In this document: positions 10,590-24,113 of the stretch, in pieces
How the letters are laid out: every line of letters begins with the position of its first letter
Numbering within the stretch: the first letter of the stretch is position 1
Assembly: GCA_021613535.1 (NCBI GenBank)
Contig: CP075492.1
Location: 18,042,001 to 18,106,000, forward strand
Length of the DNA: 64,000 bases
DNA from: Adineta vaga
Lineage: Eukaryota; Animalia; Rotifera
Direction: 5' to 3'
Notes under the pieces: generated by a model
Database searches by the model: none
The model's input: the letters and a program-made list of their open reading frames with translations, nothing else
What the model was told of the DNA's origin: nothing
Translations under genes and position numbers: made by a program

Positions 10590-13274
10590 TCAACAAGCCA
10601 AGAGAACACCGATATTGCTACTTCCTTGATTAGTAACAATAATATCGGGTTTATTGTCGTTACTGACATCGATTACCTTTACATCTCGTGGATTCGTACT
10701 AACTGAGTAAGATGTTTGCGTAGTAAATGTACCATTACCTGTGCCGAGAAGAACGCTAACGCTATTACTGTTATAGTTCGCAGAAACTATATCGGGTTTG
10801 CCATCTTTATTAACATCTACTACTACCAGATTCAGTGGTAAGTTTCCAGTTGAATAAGTTGTTTGTGCAGTAAATGTGCCATTACCTGCATTGATCAGAA
10901 CACCGACGTTGTTGTTACCGGAGTTTGTAACAATAATATCAGGTTTGCTATCAGAATTAACATCGACTACTGCCAAACCGTAGGGATTTGTGCCCATTAA
11001 GTAAGTTATTTGTGAAGTAAATGTACCGTTGCCTGTATTGAATAAAACACTGACGCTGTTACTGCCAGAGTTTGCAGCAATAATATCTGGTTTGTTATCG
11101 TCATTAACATCAACAACTACTGCAGTGAAAGGAGTACTGCCAGTCGAGTAGATTGTTTGTGCAGTAAATGTACCATTACCGATATTGAACAGAACACTGA
11201 CTGAGTTACCAGCAGAGTTCGAAACAACAATATCTGGTTTATTGTCGTTATTAATATCAATCACTATCATATTGTATGGACGGGCGCCAGTAGAGTAAGT
11301 TGCTTGCGTAGTAAACACGCCAGTACCTGTGTTGAGTAGAACATAGACGTCATTGCTACCGAAGTTTGTAACCATAATATCAGGTTTGCTATCGGAATTG
11401 ACATCAGATACTGCTATACTATTTGGGTTTGAGCCAACAGAGTAATTTGCTTGTGTAACAAACGTACCATCGCCTTGGTTGAATAAAACACTGATATAGT
11501 TACTATTAACGTTTGCGACAATGATGTCGGGATGACTGTCATTATTAACATCAATCACTGCCACACTGAATGGGCCAACGCCAGTTGAATATGTTCTTTG
11601 TGCCATATATGTTGTATTACATTGAGCTATTGGGAACAAAACTTATTTTTTAGCTAGTATGCGAAGATACATTTTGATAATATCTAGCGACGCAGATACT
11701 TTTTCTGTGTCTTCTGTACGCGTTTCCTAATTTTAGCTTATATAATCGGATTAGATAGATGTTATGGACTATTTTGAGGATGATGGTAACATATTTACAC
11801 ATCAGTTCCACCTACACACTACTCTCAAGAAGAGGTTCACAGAGATTCGTGTATCACATTTTGTGGTTTTAATACTTACAAGATGTGATTGATGTGGTAG
11901 TAGTTGTAAGCGTCGTTGTTGTGCTACTGATGGTAGCAGTTGTAAGAGTCATTGGTGTGCTACTAGTGGTGGTAGTTGTAAGAGTCGTCATTGTTGCTAT
12001 TAAGATAAAAGTAAACTTTCAAGTAGTGATTGCTTATCAGTGAATACGTTTCTTTTTTTTAACGCACATCCTTAATATTAATGCTCACTAATATCCGATA
12101 TCTGAAAGAAGTAAAATAGAATACTAACTACCATTTCTATGTGAGCAAAGTAATAATGACTTCACTCTCTGGCTTCCTTTTCGGATTCAAAAATTGGTCT
12201 AATTATTAATAGATGCTCAAAATTTATCGTGAACTGTATCCTCATTCAATTAAAATAATCAATTAATATACTCACTGATGGTTGTTGTTGTTGTCATTAT
12301 TATGATCGGATTTAATGATTCAAAGACAACTCTAACATCTAATGTAATATCATTAGTGAATATTATATGAAAAACAGGTTCCGATGGACCTCTTATGATT
12401 GATTTCTGGACACCAGTAATAAAACGGTTGTTACACACTCTAACACCATCACACATGCGTGGATATTTAACATCAAGTTCAACTACGAAAAGATTTATGA
12501 TGTTATTGCTTGTTTCATTATTAGCTGATATTCTAAAACAAAGATAACAATTTAAAACAATATGGTATCTCCTTGTCGATTTATTTTTCATTTTATGACT
12601 TCGATCTTCATCACCACATTTCACAATAAAAATTTGTTTCAAATTAACCTTTCGCAGAAGAAAATAAATATGAATGTAAGACTATAACATACTGCGTTCT
12701 ATGTTTGAATAAACTATTAAAATAGGGAAAGACTAGAGGATAGATGAAGATATTTACATTTGTCGTTTCCGTCGTGTTATAATTAAACTCTGTATGAATC
12801 TTGCAGAAAACACTCGAACCATATTACGCGAGATACTGTACATCTGAGCTATCTTTGAAGAAAAAGATCATGCTAATTCTTTTATACAAATTCATATATC
12901 GTTACCTGTGCTGAAAGTCCCGACAGATCTGAAACGACTAATGAACCATTATTTTGAATGTCTGTCTTATAGCTGATATTCACTAAAGTCGATGCTATAA
13001 TAATATAACAAAAGAAAGAAAATGGTTTTTAGTACTTCAGTCATTTCTGAGATGAAATAGTATTCCTGTGAAATATGCTTTTGTTGCTACTAGTTCGAAA
13101 AAGATGAGTTATTAAAACAGATATGGATGTACCTGACTCATCTACGAATCCAAAAATAGCATCACCAGCAATATCCGATCTTGGCAAAAAATGAAATATA
13201 AAACCAGTAAAGACAGCCAGAATCCATACAAAAAATAGACAAAAAAGAATGCACTTAATGTTCCACGTCATTCT
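10590..13274 (-). CDS. Multi-exon secreted/membrane protein with Thr-rich stalk and C-terminal FG-GAP (VCBS-type) beta-propeller
   Basis: Last exon 10590-11626 has about 7 DVNxDxKPDIIV repeats and splices in frame to a Thr-rich exon at ~11879-11997. Further putative exons run up to a hydrophobic N-terminus (MTWNIKCILF...). The upstream exon structure is approximate. Confidence 0.75.
11771..11830. repeat. Degenerate telomeric-repeat hairpin H5 (intronic)
   Basis: ATTTTGAGGATG...CCACCTACACACTACTCTCAAGA. Confidence 0.55.
11895..11999. repeat. 39-bp coding tandem repeat (Thr-rich stalk)
   Basis: About 2.7 copies of GTGGTAGTAGTTGTAAGAGTC...GTGCTACT. Confidence 0.7.
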
Positions 13275-13868
13275 ATGAAAAAGGAAAAGAAGATTGATCA
13301 TATAATCAACAGATTTTCGAGGAAAGAGCTGTAGTTAATGATCTAACAATTATCCAGAATATATTGATGATGATAATAATATTGTTATACTATATTGCCA
13401 TGTATCTTTATTCATCGGTGAATCTATAAATTATACAATAATTGAATTTAATTGGATAATATTGTAAGAAAAATAAGAAATTTGTCCCAAAAACTTTCAA
13501 AGTACAAAAAATTTATAATTATTCGACAACTAAGGAAAAAAGGTGCATACACATTTTACTTTGTTTTTTTTTCTGTTTTCGCATATATGCATGTGCTCCC
13601 ACCTTTTTACTCTCATTATATATATGATGAAAACAAGATATTTCGTCCTTGTATTAATAAAAAAAGTACAATGATTACTGATGTACGCTTGATCAAACCG
13701 AAAGAAAATTTATTTTGTTTTTTTCTTGCGCTAAGTGATCTAAGTCAAAATACGTCACAGAGAGGATTGTGTAGTTAAACACTACCTGTAATGAATTCTA
13801 TGTCGAATTAAAATACATGCAAACTTGCTACTACTATCCGTTTCAAAGTAAAAGAGACTTCACTATAA

Positions 13869-13936
13869 CTTGAATAGTGTGTGGGTGTGGGTATACCATA
13901 ATGCTTGACTCAAACTCACACCCACACCCTCAAGAT
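13869..13936. repeat. Telomeric-repeat hairpin H6
   Basis: GTGTGTGGGTGTGGG-TATACCATAATGCTTGACTCAAA-CTCACACCCACACCCTCAAGAT. Confidence 0.9.
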
Positions 13937-14319
13937 TTGTATCTATACATAATAAAATTCTTAAAAATCTCAATACAAAAGATTCAAAACGTATTGTTCT
14001 TCTACATGGTATTCCAGATTCAGGAAAAACACATTACATTCGATATCTTATTCAAGAAATTGAAGATAAAACATTAGTTTATGTTCCACCAAATATGGCA
14101 AAAGAAATTTCATCACCGCAATTTCTTCCATTTCTTATGAAATATTAAAATGTTATTTTAATTATTAAAGATCGAAATGAAACAACAACACCGTCACAAG
14201 CTGTTGTTAATCTTCTTAAATTATCGGATGGTTTATTAGGTGATGCAATGCATCAACAAATTCTTGCCACATTTAATTGTGATTTAACAACTATTGATGC
14301 AGCTTTATTACGAAAAGGG
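13936..14319 (+). pseudogene. Internal fragment of a bacterial-type AAA+ ATPase
   Basis: FVSIHNKILKNLN...IVLLHGIPDSGKTHYIRYL...VPPNMA...*NVILIIKDR...NLLKLSDGLLGD...ILATFNCDLTTIDAALLRKG. Degenerate Walker A, stop at 14146-14148, Walker B missing. Confidence 0.85.
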
Positions 14320-14362
14320 TGTGGGTGTGGGTATATCTTCTTCACTCACACTCACCCTTTTC
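14312..14362. repeat. Telomeric-repeat hairpin H7
   Basis: GAAAAGGGTGTGGGTGTGGG-TATATCTTCTT-CACTCACACTCACCCTTTTC. Confidence 0.88.
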
Positions 14363-15003
14363 TTTCTTTTTCTATTCTTCGCATCTTTTTCTTCTTTCTC
14401 CTTTTTTTAACTACGACAAATGAGGTCTTAAGAATCCTTGTCGTTGCTTATCTCGATCTGCATTACTAATACTCGTGATTGTGTTAATCATGATAAGCAC
14501 TTCTGTGTGTAACAATAAAAGAGAAAAATAAAAAAAAATGTGAGCAAATAATGAATCATACAAGCACGTCTTGTTATGCTGACAAATATCTAACCCAATA
14601 TTTTTTTCTCTCTCCACTCTTTCAGATATCTTACAAAGAAAACTGTTTTATATAGAACACGGTGTTGAGCCTTTTTGAAATTATACTGAGAATAAATTGA
14701 AACGCAGCCCTATCATATCGTCGATTTGAGGGTGAACACTGCGTTCTGTCTCTACTCGTGAGATTGTCGTGCTTTGACCATCCCATTTGTCCTTGTGACA
14801 AACTGACATACGTGAGTTACCTTTCATTAATTCCACTTCATCATTAATGAAAGATAAGTAACATAGCGCACAGTCTGTTCGTTGTAAAGTCTAAACATTG
14901 TATATAAAGAGTATTTTATAGCTACTCAAGCCTGATTTCGTTATCTATTCCAGCTTTCTTCATTTCACGACTCATCGTCTGTCATCAAACAACAAGTGTC
15001 AAA

Positions 15004-16468
15004 ATGTCTTGCTGCTTGTTCATCCATATATTTCAGGTTGTGATGCTCCTCTTCACGGTCTCTTCAATCACAGCTCAGATGCCCGATCCTTCACAGCTTC
15101 CTCCGGCGCTTCGTACTTTCTATCTTACTATCATTTCCAATCTTAACGAAACTCTGAATCCTCCAAACTCGACCCTCGCTATTCATGATCCACGACTCTT
15201 CCAAGCCCTAACTAATCTACATCGAGCCTCGTTTCCTGCCCTTGATATAATTTCAAATTTAAGTATTCCAAACAACACTTGGGTTACTTATAACCAGGTC
15301 AAAGAATTCAATCGGTTAGGCGTGGAAGTGCTGGATTTGTTGTCAGCTCGAGTTCTAACACGGGAGTCGATTCCTCAGGCTATGGAACTCGCCGCTATGG
15401 AAGATGTAATCAATTTTATAGAATTGTCCGACAAATCGCCTGATGAACAAGTTAGCAAACAGGTGCAGCCTATCGTGAATAGCATCTTGGAAAAGGTAAG
15501 CCTTCTCTCTCTGTAGTCATGGTTCATGAACGTACACATAAGTAGCGGGAGTTCAGTTAAATTCCAGAATTTGCTTTAGTTTTCTAGAGTGAAATATTGT
15601 GTGAACGCTAATAAGATGAGAATAAATGCCAGCTTGTAATCTTCTCAGAGCACCGATCGCGAGACTCTATTTGATAAATTCAGGCTATATGCTCGTCTAT
15701 GTAAAACTAGGTCGGTAATCGAATTCCCAGCTACTCTCACCTAACAAAAAATCACTTCTTCACCCCTAGATTAGTTAGATTCGCGAAAGACATGAAAAAA
15801 TATACAATGACGTTTGTTGTTTGTTTTTCTAGCTTCCTAACCGTCGTCTCAACGCATATACAGTAGTTGGCATCAATTCAACATTATCCGACGCTCAGTC
15901 ACGCTCCAACTACATTCTTGTATTTGCTGGCCTCCGCGCCCTAGATCCCGTTCCTTTTCACGCAGTTATGACGCATGAAATTGGACATGGCGAACTTTCA
16001 CACATTCTACAAGGCAGCCTTGCACGAGTATTCAATGATATGCTTTGGTCTCCAATTGCTCCGCAAATACCTGGCCTACAATCTCAAGCAGACACCTCCA
16101 CTTTATTCACGGCTGAGCAAAAAGCAGCAGCCCAAATCCTTCCACTTTTGGTATCGGCTGCCCAATCCCGAAGAAATGAACTGGAAGCTGATGCATTTGC
16201 CATCAAAATGGGAGTGTCTAAGTTGGGAAACCCTTGTGGAATGGTGGATGCGATTCGAAAATTCAATCAAAACCAACAGTCACTGGAATCACTGCCATTC
16301 GACAGCCACCCAAACAGCCAGGACAGATTGAAGGTTGCACTCAAGGTCGCTGCAGACGAGGGTGCAGGGCTGTGTTCAGGTGCTACTGTTGTAAGTGGAC
16401 CTACAGTTATTATTGTTATGATCATCATTTGTCTGTACAATATTGTTAGAATTGTTGATAGTGAATAA
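15004..16468 (+). CDS. M48-family zinc metallopeptidase, secreted and C-terminally anchored (2 exons: 15004-15495, 15833-16468)
   Basis: Signal peptide; HEIGH, ELEAD and SHP motifs of M48; phase-0 GT-AG intron joins the two ORFs in frame; hydrophobic C-terminal tail; TATA-like TATATAAA at 14901. Confidence 0.85.
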
Positions 16469-16930
16469 AAGTTTCGTTTGTCTTGATTCAATGTCTTCCA
16501 TTTGTTGAGAGTGAGTTTATAGAAGATAGATTTAACGCATCATACGACGATCTAATAAAAGTATTGTCGGCTGGTTAACATAAAGAGAACCGCCAGCCAT
16601 GCTTTGAAGAAACTCACGTTAAAGGGAACTAAACTGCAATTGACAAATAAGTGCTCGATTATCTATTTCAAGTCAACATGACAATCAATCTTTGAAGAGT
16701 TTTAGAAAAATACTAATTTGATTGTCTATCTTAGATTTAGTACGTGGGTGAGAGCAAGGCAGGAAAAGCAGATTCTACGGATTTTACAGTATACTTTGGA
16801 ATATATTTCATTATATGTAACAGTAGAATTGTAATTAACGACTCTCATTTGTATCTTGTAATTGATTTATAAGTTGTATTGAATAAAAGAGTGCTATTCT
16901 GGAACAATTTATATTGCTCTACTTTTGAAT

Positions 16931-16997
16931 ATATGAGGATGTGGGTGGGTGTGGGTATGATATCTTAATACATAAAAACCACACCTACCCTCAAGAT
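16931..16997. repeat. Telomeric-repeat hairpin H8
   Basis: ATATGAGGATGTGGGTGGGTGTGGG...CCACACCTACCCTCAAGAT. Confidence 0.88.
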
Positions 16998-17869
16998 AGT
17001 TGTATTGTCAAGATTTTGGCAGAGTATTTTCTCTTTAGTCACATACTCCTGGACTTCTTTATTTGGATCTCTAATCAAAATTTCTGTTTGGTTCTTAAAG
17101 AGTGATGATGAATGCTACTTATGATTTTCCGAACATGTTTCATTAACGACACCCTGCTTATTTAGTTCATTTTTGTCATTCTAATAATCGTGAAGAAAAA
17201 TTTTGAATAAGTTTTCTGTTGTTAGTTCAGAATGACGAGATGGTGCGAAACGTCATTTTCCCCTTGTATGCATTAAATTTGCTAATTTCATTATTTTTTC
17301 TAAGTTGAAATAGTTATTCGACTGTCATCATTATAATCATTTTTTCTGTCATATACGTGAATTTTAACGTAAAATAAAATGCCATTATTAAGGATTTTTT
17401 TGTGACAGTTTTGCATCATTATTTTTGTTGATTTTTGTATACCGTGTTTTTAATGTGGGTCTTCCATTGAAAGATATACCACGGTTCTGATATCATCTGC
17501 TCGATCAAGATAACGTCTAAATATATATAGATTCAGATATTTTTGTTGAAAAGAAGTAATAATATTATTAACACTTTAATGCTTCGGCATGTTGAATAGC
17601 CTTCTATTAAATAAAAAAAACGAATGCTTTGATTGTCAAAAATGAGTATAATTGTGTGATTTACTCGAATATAATAACTCTTGTCGATTATCATCGTTGC
17701 ACGTCGATATTCTACAGGTAAAGTAGTTCTGTTTCGGATCCAACCTTTGTTCTGAGTAATATCAATTGATCTTATAAGAAAAGAAATGTTTAATATGCTT
17801 CTTATCGAACTACTGAAAACAATAGTTGTTAATCGAAGATATTAGTTAAGATTCTAATCAACTATAATA

Positions 17870-18290
17870 TCCGTGTTTCTACATGATGCAATAAATACCT
17901 ATTTGTTCATCAGACATTCGAAGATATTGTTCGTTTGTATTCGATATACTGCCTTCATCTTCTACTTCCGTATTTACGACTATTATCGTATCACATGTTT
18001 GAATCGAACGTTGTTCATTAATATGATATAATTGTTTCAATACAATTAATGTATCATCAAAAATGTATCTAATTCTTTGATTCGACAATAATTCTGTATT
18101 AGATTCAAATTGAAATTCACCAATAATCACATAAATGAATTTCACTTGAGATGAATTGAGCATATCTTTAATTGTTTTTTTGATGAATTGCATAGTCATC
18201 GGACATAATAAGAACAATTCAGGATTCCAATGAAGAAATATGCTCAGTACAATCGATCAAAGTATCCAGAAAACTATTGTATCGCGAAAT
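17870..18290 (-). pseudogene. Degraded fragment resembling the N-terminal domain of ART-TPR-type proteins
   Basis: DTLIDCTEHISS...IVLIMSD...SSQVKFIYV (stop and frameshift) resembles TDINNCIDYIS...IYFILSD...EQFIFIYI in the 56493 ORF. Confidence 0.4.
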
Positions 18291-18300
18291 TTATAAGTAA

Positions 18301-18507
18301 AGAGGGATGGGTGTGGGTGTGGGTGGGTGTGGGTTAGGAGTATAGCCTTGCCCACACTCACACCCACGCACCCCACACCCACACCCACACTCTCAAGATG
18401 GTTGTGGGTGTGGGCAAGGCTATACTCCTAACCTACACCTACACCCTCACCCACTCTCAAGATGCCCTGTGACGGTCTCTGACTCAGATACCCACACCGT
18501 CACCCTT
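18301..18507. repeat. Compound telomeric-repeat hairpin cluster H9 (2-3 units)
   Basis: Units 18301-18399 and 18401-18463 both end in CTCTCAAGAT, with mutually reverse-complementary loops. A degenerate third unit runs to 18507. Confidence 0.9.
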
Positions 18508-19453
18508 AATAATTTCAACTCCCCGTTATGTAAGAGATGATAATCCTGAATAATTTAAAAAAAAACATGAATGAAAAAATTCTTTTAAATCAGATCATTG
18601 TTTTTTCTTTTTGGAGAACTCATAAAATACGCCATATGCCTCTTAATTTAATATCCATTTTTTTTGTTTCATTTATACTGTTCCTTCCTTTTCTATGAAA
18701 AAGGAAATAAACAAATATCTGACACTTACATCTGTGGTACTATTCATAGGCAAAAACTTCTACGGACATTTTGATTTGATTCTATAGATTACTTACAGTC
18801 GATTTTCTCATTTGTAACTCATATTATTTACACAATTAAATGGATACTTTGTCTCTCTCTCCTTTTATTAATCTAATAAAAGATGGCAATTTGCTTCGTA
18901 ATTTATTGTTTCGAGTATACATACTAAATATATTCTCTAATCGTGATACTTGAAAATAAAAAGTTTTAATGATATCTTTTGTGCAACAGGATCTGAAAGA
19001 AAGTGTTGAAGTGTTTAATGGTAGAAATTTGGACCCAACCGCCCCTCACCCCCCACAGACGTCACCGACTTTATCGAAGTAAACTATCAGAGAAAATGTA
19101 GATTTTGTAATTAAAAAAAAAGCAACAGAAATATTGATTATAAATTTTATTTGCAACACAATAGAAAACAGATTTATCGTGTTTCATATTTTTAATCTCG
19201 CAAGGGATTGCACTAAAAGCTTTTTTAATATTTGTTACCATTAAAATCATGTCGAATATTATTTATCATCCGGTATGATTTATTAATATATCAGGGCCAT
19301 TTTACAATCTCTCACATCGTATACCGGATAAACTGAAATATTCATTATTTATTAACATTTTTTTTGATACTATAAAAAAGAAAGATATAGCAACCGTTAT
19401 CATTTAGATTTTTAATACTATGTTCATTGAATTTCATTAGATTATGGTGAACG

Positions 19454-22400
19454 ATGTTACCTATGAGAACGTTATTCTATTTGATATTATTACATTTGGT
19501 GATTGGTTCACCTCAAATCAATCTTGATCTTACTGACTGGATAAATAACAGTAAAAGTGATGCTGTCTTACAACATGATTGTATTCATGTTGCTACTTCG
19601 ATTCAAGAAGGAACTGATTCTCAGCAGATCATTTCGTATTGTATGAGTGAATGGCCAACAAAATGGATTATACGGACAAATAGTCAAGATCGAAATTTTA
19701 CTTTTGCTCAACTAATTCAACAAAATATTACGAGTGAACAATTATATCATTGGTCCGCACCAATGGATGTTATTGAACGTTATCAATTGTATTTGAATCA
19801 ATTTCCAACCTCTAATGAATTCTTATCGATGGGAACACAATTGTTTTACAATTGTACATCGCCAAGATTTGGTCCATTGTGTCAATATTCATTGGATGCA
19901 CATGAATCTTATCATTCATCGTTGAATGAAATCATTGATAGCTTTTATCTTCAAGAATAACTACCAACAACATTAATATGTTACGTACATTTACAATGAT
20001 ATAAAGTTTCTTCATCAGCGTGTCTTGATTGGAGTGATATATGTGATGGAACTGTTGATTGTCAAAATGGAATTGATGAAGAATCTTGTTGGCCATTAGA
20101 TATTAATACATGTGAAGATAATGAATATCAATGTGTCAATAGACAATGTATATCTGATATATTTCATCGTGATGATCCTAATACTTTTGAATGTCTTGAT
20201 CAATCAGATGAAAGTTATACAAAATTTGATATTTCTTATCGTATTACAAATGCGCCAACATTTGCATATGAAGATATAACATGTCCTGTGAGACAATTAG
20301 CTCACGACGTAAAACTCACAAGTTCATGTGTAAGAAAACGTTATGAATTACTCTTACGAGCAATATTTGTTGATACACCAAAATCAATGTCTCATCAATG
20401 TTGGTCTGCATTCAAATGTCTTTTAAATGTTCCAGATGCATCAAATCCAATCTGTTCTTCTCTTTGTAAAAATAATCAATGTCAAAAAATAGTTAATACA
20501 ACTTGTATAGATATGTTATATTTTCCATCTACAGCAATTATTTTTGGACATATGTACTTTATCTATATAACCGAAGATCTAAATCAGTTTAATTACAGAA
20601 CAACATCACCACAGTATGTGTGCTACAATGATCAATTATGTAGTGGATTTATGCCTACTGAAACATTACTATCATTAGGAAATAGTACATGTCGTCGTCT
20701 GAAAGATTTTCCTTTACGTTTTAATACATTTGCAATAACGAGAGGTAATTGGAGGAATATGCACATAATACCATTGTATGAACACCTTTATCAATGCAAT
20801 ACAATAATTTATAATGATTCTTTAGTTTGTAGCAATTCTAATATGTATCAATGTATTAACTCATCGAAATGTATTTCAAAACATCGTGTTTGTGATAGTA
20901 TGAAGGATTGTGATTATGGAGATGATGAAGAATGTGGTGAAATTTTCAAATCCTGTTTAGGATATGGATCGAATAAACCATTCAAATGTTCAACAGGAAA
21001 TATTTGTATCTATCAATATTTAGTTGGAAATGGAATTTGTGAATGTCCAATCGATCAATATAATTTATGTGATGATGAAGCACCTGATAAACATTACATT
21101 AGAAAGCATATCTATTTTCCAACTATTTGTGATGGTTTTACAGAACTTATACCTGTTCTTATTGATGGACGAAATGAAACAGATGAAACAGAATGTGACT
21201 ATTGGCAATGTAATAATACTTATACAAGATGTGATGGTATTTGGAATTGTTTTAATGGTGCCGATGAAATTGATTGTCTTGGTGCTTTTGATGAACCGAA
21301 ATTATGTCGAAAAAATAATTATCAACCGAACGATGAAAAATTTCATTGTACAAATCATATCAATGATTCTTGTGTATCTCTCAGTAAATTATGTATTGAA
21401 AGCAAATGTGAAAACAATACTGATAAACAATTTTGTGATTCCAACAGAACTGAGACCGATATCGATTCTTTTTGTGACCAAAAATATCAATCAATTCGTT
21501 CTGATGTTGAAAACTTTGTTTGTAATCATCTCGATGATACGAATAAACCAGAGATTTTACATTTTTCCTTAAATGAAAAAACTGATTTATCCAAAACAAA
21601 AACACAACAAAGTACTGATATCATAATCACACATTCTTCTATTTTACCAACAACTCGTCAATATCAACAATATTGTCATCGTGGTCTTGCTTTGCATGTA
21701 TGGTTAGATAGTGAAAAAAATATAAGTGAAATAACATGTCTTTGTCCACCTAGTTTTTATGGTAATATGTGTCAATATCAAAATCAACGTGTTAGTTTAA
21801 CTATACAATTTCGAGCATTTTCCGATTCTTTACGAACATTATTTTCATTGGTTATTTTATTGATTGATGAGAGCAATGAACGAATTATTCATTCTTATCA
21901 TCAATTTACTTATTTATATATTCGAGATTGTCAAAAGAAATTCAATATGTATTTACTTTATTCAACTCGACCAATAAATCAAAAAATTAAATATGCAATT
22001 CATATTGATATTTATGAAGCAATTTCGTTAAAATATCGAGGAAGTTTATTGATACCACTTACGTTTACTTTCTTACCTGTCTATCGTGTTGCTGTTCTGC
22101 TTGACATTCCACGTATACAAAATAGTATTGAAGATTGTTCAAAACAACGATGTATTCATGGTCGATGTATTCAATATTCAACGAATTCAGAAAATGATAT
22201 CTTCTGTCAATGTAATCAAGGATGGTCAGGACAATATTGTAATATCCAACAAATCAATATTTGTCAATGTTCATACGGTTCATTATGTATTGGTATTGCA
22301 GCTAATAATCGATCTATATGTATTTGTCCTTTAAACAAATGGGGTTCACATTGCTCCCTTCAAAATACTATATGTCAAATTAATCAAACTATTATATGTC

Positions 22401-24113
22401 AAAATGAAGGTCAATGTATACCTACCAATGAATATACAATATCGGAAAAAAAATTCATATGTATTTGTTTAAAAGGTTTTAGTGGAGAGAGATGTGAAAT
22501 ATCTGATACAATCATTACTGTATTATTTGATAAAGATATTGTTTTACCTCAATCAATATTCTTTCATTTTATTCGACAGATCGATCATACTGCACCTGAG
22601 AATGGTTCGACATTTAAATCAATTATTACTAATCAAAGATCAGTGACTGTTAAATGGTCACGCCCATTTCATGTTGTTTTTGTTGAACTACCTGATAAAA
22701 CATTTCATTTGATTACAATTCAAAAAATTTACAATCAATCAACAACTATTATTCAAACAATTAGTTTATTGAATCGTTGTAGACATACAAGACAATTATT
22801 TAATGAAACTATTATAAAATATCATCTTCTTCGTCGTATTAAATATTATCATTTACCATGTCAAATACATTCACCACAATTGACTTGTTTTTATGATGAT
22901 ATTCATTTTTGTTTATGTACAAATTTTAGTCGTCAAAGAATAGCTAATTGTTTTGAATTTAATCATACAATAAAACATGATTGTTTTGGTAAAAGTAATT
23001 GTGAAAATGAAGGTCAAAGTTTACAAGATAAAGCTATATGTCCACAAACATCGATATGTGTTTGTCGAGCATGTTTTCATGGAGTTCGTTGTCAATTTAG
23101 TTCACATTTATTTGGTCTTTCACTTGATGCTGTATTAGGATATCATATTCAACCACATATTGATATACGATATCAACCATCTATTGTACAAATCAGTGTA
23201 GCAATAACTATACTTTTAATCCTAGTAGGATTAGTTAATGGTATACTTTGCATATTAACATTTAAGAACAAAGAAGGAAATGAAATGGGTTCGGATTTGT
23301 ATCTATTAGGTTTATCAGTGGGTACTCTAATTATTACAATTCTATTTGCATTAAAATTCTGGATACTTTTCATAGCACAACAAACTTATATGACCAATCG
23401 ATCTTTTCTAACATTTCAATGTTTATCAATGGACTTTTTACTTCAAATAGGTCTTAATATGACTCAATGGTTACATGCATGTGTAGCCATCGATCGAATC
23501 TGTGTTGTAATGGAAGGAATAAAGTTTAATAAGAAAAAAAGTTTAAAAAAAAGCTAAATATATGATGATAATTCTTCTCATTATAATCATTGGTACATTT
23601 ATTCATGATCCGTTTCATCGACGATTGATATATGATAATGATAATAATAACGAGAACAACAACAAACGAATTTGGTGTATTGTTACTTATTCATCTGCTT
23701 TTCAACTATTTAATTCAACAATAAATATATTTCATTGTATTATTCCATTTATTATTACTGTGATTTCCGGACCAATTATCATTACAGTACTTGTTCGACA
23801 ACAATTACAGATCCATCCTAAACAAAATTATCGAAATCTAATAAGTGAACAATTTCAAGAACATCGTCATCTATTCATAACTCCATTTATTCTATTAATT
23901 CTTGGTATGCCTCGTTTAATCATTTCATTCATTGCAGGTTGTATTAAATCAAATGATAATCTATGGTTATTGCTTATCGGATATTTTGTTTCATTCATCC
24001 CATCAATGCTTACTTATATTGTATTTGTTTATTCATCAAAATTATATAAACAAAGATTTCTAAAGAATATCAAGCAATATCAACGAATGATACAAACAAT
24101 ATTACATCTCTAA
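19454..24113 (+). pseudogene. LDLa/EGF-repeat ectodomain 7TM receptor gene with disablements
   Basis: The 19454 and 20288 ORFs share one frame, separated by TAA (19958) and TGA (~19997). Frameshift in the A-runs at ~23540-23555 before the last TM segments. LDLa repeats (CLDWSDICDG..DC...DEE), EGF repeats, AIDR motif. Confidence 0.85.

Noticed and set aside
19958-19999. In-frame TAA/TGA as evidence of an alternative genetic code or selenocysteine
   Set aside because: Neighbouring genes terminate normally at TAA, TAG and TGA, and the same gene also has a frameshift, so decay is the simpler explanation.
21024-21572. Alternative-frame and antisense ORFs overlapping long genes (also 26704, 27667, 46781, 46896, 50451, 15975)
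   Set aside because: Shadow ORFs produced by codon bias and repeats in the real CDS; they contain no motifs.
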